Positions 1-10,715 of a DNA stretch of 64,000 nucleotides are shown here, piece by piece; the first letter of the stretch is position 1; every line of letters begins with the position of its first letter. The notes below the pieces were generated by a model. It was not told the DNA's origin. It searched no databases and saw only the letters and a list, made by a program, of their open reading frames with translations. Origin of the DNA: Anaerohalosphaeraceae bacterium. Lineage in GTDB: Bacteria > Planctomycetota > Phycisphaerae > Sedimentisphaerales > Anaerohalosphaeraceae. The stretch spans positions 3,794-67,793 of the forward strand of contig JBNRMN010000052.1 of the NCBI GenBank assembly GCA_050309605.1, read 5' to 3'. A program made the translations under genes and the position numbers.

Positions 1-475
1 TCGTCATCTGGTCGTCATAGGTCCCTTTGATCCCAATATCATCATTCCCGTCACCGCGTGCGACAACATCCAGCGGGCCGCCGATCACGCTGCTGGCCGT
101 GCCCAGCGTCTGACCGACCAGCAGGTCAACCCAGGCGGTTGCGGTTCGGGCAGGGTCATCCGTCTCGCACACGATCGCGGCAGAAAAGATATAATCCGTA
201 TCCGCAGCCACGGTTATACCTCGGCTGTTAATCCCGGTCCCTGCCGCGGCATTGGCGGAGCTGGCGATCCACAGTGTCTGACCGCCAAAATTGCGCCAGG
301 TATAAAAAATACGGCTGGCATTGGAACCTGAACCTTGGCCGTTCCAGGTCCAGTTACCGGTGGCACTGAAGTCGGCCGGGTCGCTCAGCGGATAGGCCTC
401 GAAATCATCGACGAAGACCGCGCTTGCCGCGGTCGCCAAGGCCACAATCATTGTTAATACTGCCAATCTCTTCAT
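1..475 (-). CDS. Secreted protein, N-terminal part only (gene runs off the left edge). Its N-terminal domain is paralogous to that of the 1264-aa protein at 13140-16934.
   Basis: My own minus-strand translation from the ATG at 473-475 gives MKRLAVLTMIVALATAASAVFVDDFEAYPLSDPADFSATGNWTWNG...SRIFYTWRNFGGQTLWIASS. It has a signal-peptide-like start. It aligns with MVIFSDDFESYQTANPAGSDFLATWTV...SRIFDTGLYGGTRLWISN of the 1264-aa ORF. It is absent from the ORF track because there is no stop inside the window. Confidence 0.6.
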   Translation of the reverse strand, partial: MKRLAVLTMIVALATAASAVFVDDFEAYPLSDPADFSATGNWTWNGQGSGSNASRIFYTWRNFGGQTLWIASSANAAAGTGINSRGITVAADTDYIFSAAIVCETDDPARTATAWVDLLVGQTLGTASSVIGGPLDVVARGDGNDDIGIKGTYDDQMT

Positions 476-538
476 CGTCATTACCTCCATACTAAAAGTT
501 AAGATTACGTTAATGACAGATCATCTACTGTGTGCCGA

Positions 539-1168
539 TCATGCGCGACGCCGACGCAGCAGCGCCAATCCGCCCAGCCCCAGCATCGACAGCGTCGCCG
601 GTTCGGGAATATAGGTCGCCTGAAACTGGCCGTCCCAGTCATTGGCGATCTCGTTGATACGCACCCAGCCGCCGCCGGTGTATTGGTTGCCGACCGTCAA
701 GCGAACCGCCCCCTTGACGATTTGCAGTACATCCTCATTGTACTGAACAAACATCATCGCATACTGCGTGTTCGCATCCAGTTCCAGCGCGTCAAATTGC
801 CAAGTCATCAGGTCGTTGGCCGCAAAATCCTGTGCATTGAGCGCATTGGTGGATACACCAACCAGCGCAGCATCAGTCATCCCGGCAACCGTCAATGCCG
901 AATACACCGCCAAATAGGTATCGCCCGGCGCCGGCAAGTTGGTTGTCGAATCCGTTTTGGCATACGTCCAGTCCACCAGATACACGGTATCCGGAACGAC
1001 ATAACCTTCCGGAAGGATTTTGCCGGCGTTCGGCGTAAAAATTTGTCCCCACCCGTCGGCGCGATTGTCCCATGTGCCGTACGTCGGGTGCCCGGCCGTA
1101 AACGTCGCAGCGGCGACTGCCGACAAGGCAATCACCATCGCCAGACTTAACATCATTTTCGTTTTCAT
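539..1168 (-). CDS. PEP-CTERM-anchored secreted protein with an uncharacterised ~170-aa domain
   Basis: It has an N-terminal signal peptide. The C-terminus is IPEPATLSMLGLGGLALLRRRRA, which is a PEP motif, a TM helix and an Arg cluster. The body is paralogous to the N-terminal domain of the ORF at 3643-4716 (shared GWGQxFTP, TVYLxxWTY, GDxYLA, TQYAxMF, GGGWxRxxxIANDWD). Confidence 0.8.
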   Translation of the reverse strand: MKTKMMLSLAMVIALSAVAAATFTAGHPTYGTWDNRADGWGQIFTPNAGKILPEGYVVPDTVYLVDWTYAKTDSTTNLPAPGDTYLAVYSALTVAGMTDAALVGVSTNALNAQDFAANDLMTWQFDALELDANTQYAMMFVQYNEDVLQIVKGAVRLTVGNQYTGGGWVRINEIANDWDGQFQATYIPEPATLSMLGLGGLALLRRRRA

Positions 1169-1273
1169 CAGTCAAACCTCCACTCATATGAAATAGGTTA
1201 TCTCATCGGCGGACCATCCGCCAATTGTTCATCAACCGACATCTTACAATCTCTTTTCTGCTTTCAAGCCGCT

Positions 1274-2104
1274 TTATCGCCACGTTTGAGGGATATAAAA
1301 ATACCCATCCGAACTCATCATCGTCTCCTGACCGGTGTAGCGTCGGACGCTGCCGTCGGCATAACCGGCATTCATTCGCAATTCTTCCATTTCCGTTGGA
1401 AGCCGACCGGTAGAGGGAATTGAGCCGGGGGCAGGCACATAAATCCAGAAAGACGCGCAATAATTCCCATACATAGGATCTCGGTCGTAATCTTTGAATA
1501 GGCCGGAACCACGCCGCGGCCGATGCGCCAGCCACCAGTCCTCAGCCACGCCGGGCCAATTGTAAATACTGTCGGACAACAACAACTGAGCGCTGGCTTT
1601 GGTCTCACCTCTGCCCTTGGGTCCTGTAAACTGCCGACCATCGAGCATCGCCATGGAATAACCGCCCCAGTATAAATTGTACGAGCAGTTTGTACCTTCT
1701 CCGGAGTCTTTGTAATTGACGTATTGATACTGCAATTCGGAATAATCCCTCGTACGTCCCAGGGGACACATAAAGGTGTCAACCAGAGGCAGATAGCCCC
1801 CCAAATAATAATACGTGCCTTCATTTTCGGCCCAACCGGCAACGCCCTGATGGTAATTCAGGTAATTGGCCACGCTGAATGTTCCGTTTGTACGTTCAGC
1901 CGGATGGGGAGGCAGAACACCTTGATTGTCAGCGGCGTAGGCCAGCACGCCCTTAACCGTCTGATTCATATTGTTGGCGCAAACAATCAACTTCGCGGCC
2001 TCCTTGGCCTTGCGCAAAGAAGGCACCACAATGGACATCAACAGTGCGATGACGGCGATGACCACGAGCAGTTCGATCAGCGTAAACGCCCTTCGATTCT
2101 TCAT
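1274..2104 (-). CDS. Prepilin-type N-terminal cleavage/methylation domain protein (DUF1559 / H-X9-DG-like)
   Basis: The leader MKNRRAFTLIELLVVIAVIALLMSIVVPSL is a classic type IV pilin-like leader. The C-terminal ADGSVRRY is a DG motif. I placed the start at the ATG at 2104 rather than the track start at 2158, because the leader must be N-terminal. Confidence 0.85.
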   Translation of the reverse strand: MKNRRAFTLIELLVVIAVIALLMSIVVPSLRKAKEAAKLIVCANNMNQTVKGVLAYAADNQGVLPPHPAERTNGTFSVANYLNYHQGVAGWAENEGTYYYLGGYLPLVDTFMCPLGRTRDYSELQYQYVNYKDSGEGTNCSYNLYWGGYSMAMLDGRQFTGPKGRGETKASAQLLLSDSIYNWPGVAEDWWLAHRPRRGSGLFKDYDRDPMYGNYCASFWIYVPAPGSIPSTGRLPTEMEELRMNAGYADGSVRRYTGQETMMSSDGYFYIPQTWR

Positions 2105-2202
2105 TTTATGATCCTTTCCATTGGATGTTGCTGCATTTATATTGCTGCACCATGTCATTCAGTCGTCTCACATCCATCGCCGTTAAGATGCAATGGATCG
2201 TT

Positions 2203-3588
2203 TCACGGCGAAATACAGTTGATATTCGCCGGATCAGTGCAGCTGAGCCAATCCTGTGCCAATAAGACAAAATCCTTAAAATCAACGTAACAATCCCGGT
2301 TCAAATCGCCCGGCAGATACGTTCCGGGCGTAAAACAGCCGTCCAGAAAATCTTCGACTTGCTGTCCGTCCAAAAGCCAGCTCAGGTTAAACCGGACAAA
2401 CTGAGCGCCTTGATACATATAATTAGGGCCGCCTTCAAACATCAGATAAATCCAGCCTTCGCTCGGCGTGCCCGGTCGGCCTGCGGTCATTGATGAATAA
2501 GCACTGGGACCGTCAAAGACCAGCCGCTTGACCGGCCACGTCTTGCCGCCGTCAAAACTGCCCCACACCGTCATTCGCTGACGTCCGCTGTTTGAATCAA
2601 TATTACTGAAGATCAAAATGTCCTGATCTCTGACCGGCAGTCTCACCAGACCGCCCATCAATCCATAGGTACTGTCCTGATTGCCGTCGGGCAGGACGTC
2701 ACTGACCGACAAATCCTGCCAGGTGTGGCCGTCGTCATAACTCCAGGCGATATGCCGCCACAGCGGACTCAAGCCGTCGGTGGACAGGTGGCGACGTGAA
2801 TTGTAATTGATGACGCCGCTGGACAGCTCCGCCAGCGCCGCCTCGCCGGTCCCCAGGGCGGGAAACGGGGCACTGGTTTGCCACGTGTATCCCCCGTCGT
2901 CGCTGTACATGGCGCAGTTATAATGAGTCGGCCAGCTCTCTCTGGCATTACTCCAGCCCGGCATCACCCGAGCGGGCATCAGCAGCCGCCCTTTGTGCTG
3001 ACCATACCGCAGCGTAATGCCGGAATCCGCGCCGTGCGTAAACGCGCTGCCGGCCTGGTACATTTCGTCGTTAATGACCGTCGCTTCATTGGCGGCAACA
3101 ATGTCTTTTCTCTGGCCGTTGTGCTCCCAGGTCTTGCCGTGGTCGCCGCTGCGCCAGGAATGCCCACTCTCCCAATCGCCGCCGACGCCGTCCATAAACA
3201 CAATCACATCGCCGGTGGTTTCATCGACCACCGCCGCGCCCAGCCCGACACCGGCCATGGCGGGATCGTCGCCAATCACAATTTGATCCCCCCATGTCGC
3301 CCCGCCGTCCTCACTGCGGCGAACGCGGGGCAGCGTATTATTCCCCCAAAACGCCAGCACTGTTCCGTCCAGTGCGACCACAATGCTTGGAAACCGGCCG
3401 CCCGTATAAATCTGCTGCATTTCCATCGCAGGCTCTGCCAGAAACGAATCCAGCTGCGCATCCTGATACTCCAGATTGGCAGCTCCCAGCGCAACCGGCC
3501 TGAGCCAACCCGTAACAGAAAAAACCGCGATTGCGAATACGAGTGTACATGGTGTTATTCGATTGTCAGGCATTCTTCTTTCTTCCAA
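2203..3588 (-). CDS. Exo-alpha-sialidase (GH33, BNR/Asp-box) with a dockerin-like C-terminal tail
   Basis: There are five Asp-box motifs: SEDGGATW, SGDHGKTW, SDDGGYTW, SYDDGHTW and SFDGGKTW. GGRFPSIV is FRIP-like. A signal peptide is present. The C-terminal tail is YLPGDLNRDCYVDFKDFVLLAQDWLSCTD. Confidence 0.85.
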   Translation of the reverse strand: MEERRMPDNRITPCTLVFAIAVFSVTGWLRPVALGAANLEYQDAQLDSFLAEPAMEMQQIYTGGRFPSIVVALDGTVLAFWGNNTLPRVRRSEDGGATWGDQIVIGDDPAMAGVGLGAAVVDETTGDVIVFMDGVGGDWESGHSWRSGDHGKTWEHNGQRKDIVAANEATVINDEMYQAGSAFTHGADSGITLRYGQHKGRLLMPARVMPGWSNARESWPTHYNCAMYSDDGGYTWQTSAPFPALGTGEAALAELSSGVINYNSRRHLSTDGLSPLWRHIAWSYDDGHTWQDLSVSDVLPDGNQDSTYGLMGGLVRLPVRDQDILIFSNIDSNSGRQRMTVWGSFDGGKTWPVKRLVFDGPSAYSSMTAGRPGTPSEGWIYLMFEGGPNYMYQGAQFVRFNLSWLLDGQQVEDFLDGCFTPGTYLPGDLNRDCYVDFKDFVLLAQDWLSCTDPANINCISP

Positions 3589-3642
3589 ACAAATAATAAG
3601 TTCATCTGTTCCGATACAACCACGCTGACCGTTTCGTTGACA

Positions 3643-4716
3643 TTACGGCACAAGACAACGGTCAGGCCATGTCGTATCCGTGCACAACATCCAACCATCC
3701 GCCATCATCGCCAAATCCAATAAATCAACATAACAATCCCGATTCAGATCGCCGGGCAGATAGACCGTCCCCGGCTGACCGCAATAGGGGTCCTGGCCGT
3801 GAATCATAATGATCACCTCGTCGATCGGCTGATGATGGAAATCCGGATCGAGGCTCTCAACCGTGTGAACCAGTGTGATGGACCGCAACCGACCCGGAAT
3901 GGGAACCTGCTCGGTCGCCGCCGTTACGGTGTGTACACCGGACTGCATCGCCGCAAACTGCAGCGTGATCGGCTGTGCCGGCCCGGCGCCGAGATCGACT
4001 TCGGCCGCATAATCACCGAGCGGGGCCACTGTCACCTCCACTGGCTCGGCAGGTTGGCCGCACAGAATGATGTTATACGAATCCGAAGGCGATTCAGACG
4101 TGAGATTCAGTGTGTTGTTTTCGGCGGTGATGATCAGTCCCTCGGTCATATACGCTGCCCGGTAATGCGGATCCCAGTCATTGGCGATGTCATCCACCCG
4201 AATCCAGCCGCCGCCGGGATACGGGTCGCCGGTGGACATAACAACCGCCTGACTTCGGAAAATCCCCGATGCGTCCGGCGTACTTGAAAACATCAGGGCG
4301 TATTGCGTCTCTTTATCCAGCGGGATGCCGTCAAATGCCCAGGTCACCAACACGCCGTTTCCCGCCGCGGCCATATCAACCGCCGTTGACGAAACGCCGA
4401 GCAGGTTGGATGCATTCATCTCATCGGGGTCCAGCTCGGAAAAAATCGCCAGATAGACATCCCCCGCCGTTTGGCCGAAGCCGGAATCGCTTGTTTTGTA
4501 CGTCCAGCCCAACAGATACACCGTCTGCGGCAGTTCCAGACCTTCAGGTTCTATCATTCCAACGCCGGGCGTAAAGGTCTGCCCCCAGCCGTTGGCGCGG
4601 TCATCTGAAAACGTTCCGAAACCGCTGGTAAACGGAGTTGCCCCCGCCGCGGTTGAAATCAACAGTATGACCATACAAATCCTGCTCATAAAGACATAAA
4701 AACCGCTTTTCATCAA
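3643..4716 (-). CDS. Secreted protein: uncharacterised N-terminal domain (paralog of 539-1168), Ig-like middle region and dockerin-like tail
   Basis: It has a signal peptide. ANGWGQTFTP...GGGWIRVDDIANDWD matches the PEP-CTERM protein. The C-terminal tail YLPGDLNRDCYVDLLDLAMMADGWMLCTD matches the sialidase tail. Confidence 0.7.
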   Translation of the reverse strand: MMKSGFYVFMSRICMVILLISTAAGATPFTSGFGTFSDDRANGWGQTFTPGVGMIEPEGLELPQTVYLLGWTYKTSDSGFGQTAGDVYLAIFSELDPDEMNASNLLGVSSTAVDMAAAGNGVLVTWAFDGIPLDKETQYALMFSSTPDASGIFRSQAVVMSTGDPYPGGGWIRVDDIANDWDPHYRAAYMTEGLIITAENNTLNLTSESPSDSYNIILCGQPAEPVEVTVAPLGDYAAEVDLGAGPAQPITLQFAAMQSGVHTVTAATEQVPIPGRLRSITLVHTVESLDPDFHHQPIDEVIIMIHGQDPYCGQPGTVYLPGDLNRDCYVDLLDLAMMADGWMLCTDTTWPDRCLVP

Positions 4717-4744
4717 AACTCCTCTAATGAATATTGGATACCAC

Positions 4745-5608
4745 TTATGGGTTCCGTCTGATGTCGCCGGAAATATTCAGCAGCTTGAAAATATATAGAA
4801 AATGCCTCGAAATCAGCTCGGCGGCGTCCTGACTGCTGCGCCGCACGAGAGCGTCATACAGTTCACGGTGAGTGGACATGCCGGGCGCTTCGAGAAGCGT
4901 GCTGTATTGCTGTGTCCCCATCGACCGAACAAGCACCTGAAAAGCCATCGCGTACCATTGCATCAGTTTGGGACGATAGACGCGAACATACTGAGGCCCC
5001 CCGGCCATCTTATTAACGGTCAAATGAAAATTGATGTCTTCTTGCCTGAACACGTTGATATCAGAGCTTTGCATAGCCTTGTCCATCCGCTCGATAATCC
5101 GGCCCAGCACAGTTAGTTGCTCATCGGTAATGCTCGAGGCAAGACCGTAAAATGAACCCGTCTCAAAGTTCACCCGAAAACGATAAATATCCAGCGCAAT
5201 TTCAGGGTCGCTGAAATCCACCAGAAAAGAACCGCGATTGCGATCCGTATAAAGCCAGCCTTCCTGGCGAAGTCTGTAAAACGCCTCGCGAACAGGGCCG
5301 TTGCTGACCTGCAGTTCTTTGGCCACCACCGATTCGGTAATCTTGCCGGCGTAATGGATTTGTGTTTCGGGGTCTTCTCCGGGAAACACAATCTCGCGCA
5401 GGATGTGCTCGTACACCTCCTCGGCCAGCGCACTGCCTTTTCGAGAACCCTCGTGAAAAGGAATATAATCAAAAATCTGGTGCATAGGAACGGCGGACAT
5501 CGTGTGTGTGATCTCCCTGAGAGGACTCATTGGCAATACCTTTCCGACTATTTCATAAATCCCAATCTGAGCGATTAGACCGAAGATAGCTGATAAACAC
5601 TTAATCAC
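4745..5608 (-). CDS. GntR-family transcriptional regulator (FadR/FCD subfamily, NanR-like context)
   Basis: The winged-HTH region is SVVAKELQVSNGPVREAFYRLRQEGWLYTDRNRGSFLV, followed by a helical FCD-like C-terminal domain. It is the first gene of the sialidase gene string. An alternative start at M27 (5530) is possible. Confidence 0.8.
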   Translation of the reverse strand: MIKCLSAIFGLIAQIGIYEIVGKVLPMSPLREITHTMSAVPMHQIFDYIPFHEGSRKGSALAEEVYEHILREIVFPGEDPETQIHYAGKITESVVAKELQVSNGPVREAFYRLRQEGWLYTDRNRGSFLVDFSDPEIALDIYRFRVNFETGSFYGLASSITDEQLTVLGRIIERMDKAMQSSDINVFRQEDINFHLTVNKMAGGPQYVRVYRPKLMQWYAMAFQVLVRSMGTQQYSTLLEAPGMSTHRELYDALVRRSSQDAAELISRHFLYIFKLLNISGDIRRNP

Positions 5609-6039
5609 TTAAGTACTTAATTGAATTATAGTGGAACGCCGCTTTGGATACAAGAAAAATTTTCTGAAGAGAAAAAAATTTCAGACAAATGCCATTAAAT
5701 GTAAATTGTAGGTTTTTTATATCCCCTACAAAGCAATACATTGTTCCCGCGCGTGCCGGCCTGGAATAATGTGATTTATCCATTAACTCAAACGGACCGA
5801 AAACTGGCTCTATTTTGACATAACTATAATCCATAAAGAATGTTACAGTATTCTGACAAAGGCCGTAAAAAGGACTCGCCCGAACGGGATAATCCTCAAT
5901 TATGCTCTTTAATCTTTGATTTTTGATCTCTCAAACTGGCCATCGCTCAGTTGGAGTTAATAACATAATTTTAAGGGTCTTGAAATATCACAACCGTTCG
6001 CCGGTTTTTTTCAGTTTGACCCTTTCGTTTAGGTAAGTC

Positions 6040-6560
6040 AATAACCGTCCGCCCCTTCGGGGCGGCACAACAGCGCGCACAACAGCGAGGCGCAACAGCG
6101 CGGCCGCGCAAGCGGCCCGATGGGGGACGTAACGCCGTGGGTGTCGCAATCCGGCTCACTCGCGCGGCTCGGCTATTGTAAACAATAGCGCGGCGGCGCG
6201 AGCCGCCCGATAGGGGGATGCGGATAGATGGGACGTTTTCCAAATCGCCGTATTATCCGGCCGCTCGCGCGGCTCGGCTATTGTACGATGACGCAACGCA
6301 CCAGCGCGGCGCAATAGCGCGGCGGCGCAAGCCGCCCAATGGGGGGATGCGAGTGTGTTGAACGTTATCCAAGGCGTGGTGTTATCCGGCCGCTTGCGCG
6401 GGTCGGCTATTGTACGATGACGCAACACACCAGCGCGGCGCAATAGCGCGGCCGCGCAAGCGGCCCGATGGGGGACGTAACGCCGTGGGTGTCGCAATCC
6501 GGCCGCTCGCGCGGCTCGGCTGTTGTTATGAATCCGGCGCACCAGCGCGGCTCAGGTAAA
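6040..6560. repeat. Cluster of REP/BIME-like palindromic elements (8 arms in alternating orientation, higher-order units of ~125-130 bp)
   Basis: A arms ATCCGGCCGCTCGCGCGGCTCGGCTATTGT start at 6149, 6254, 6374 and 6497. B arms CAATAGCGCGGCCGCGCAAGCGGCCCGAT start at 6093, 6182, 6311 and 6441. Each arm carries a 5-6 bp stem with a GCAA/TCGC/TTGC loop. A 28-nt inter-arm segment is identical at 6121-6148 and 6469-6496. Confidence 0.9.
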
Positions 6561-6729
6561 ATGGCCTTTCAGGCCGAAATAGTAAACATTTTTGGCCTGC
6601 TCCTGAACGCGGTGAACGCTTACGATATTTCTATGAATACAGGCGTTCAGCAACACTTTCTTGCCAAACGCCTGTATAGAGCAACCTAAACAAAACTAAA
6701 AAGAGCTTTATTTGAACTATTCAGCCGAG

Positions 6730-10686
<3,957 letters not shown>

Positions 10687-10715
10687 TTAACAATATACGG
10701 TAATGATCAGTATTC

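Noticed and set aside
5601-5834. 77-aa ORF and possible ncRNA in the AT-rich 5609-6040 spacer
   Set aside because: The ORF has no RBS and an odd composition. I found no tmRNA, RNase P, SRP, 6S or tRNA signature. The region is most simply the promoter/operator region of the GntR-sialidase operon.
6156-6542. 128-aa ORF (minus strand), plus the overlapping 90-aa ORF at 5971-6243 and the 73-aa ORF at 6468-6689, lying in the repeat array
   Set aside because: Their sequences are just translated REP arms (for example the reiterated RAACAAALLRRAG...RHRTIA.PR.RPDNT). They have no RBS or start context, an Arg/Ala-rich low-complexity composition, and a periodicity that mirrors the DNA repeat. They are repeat artefacts.
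6040-6560. Possible CRISPR array
   Set aside because: The repeat arms alternate in orientation rather than being direct. The 'spacers' are themselves repeated (28 nt identical twice, about 43 nt similar twice, and also shared with the 44650 cluster). Spacing is irregular (2, 27 or 42 nt). No cas genes or leader are present. The same element occurs singly at other loci.
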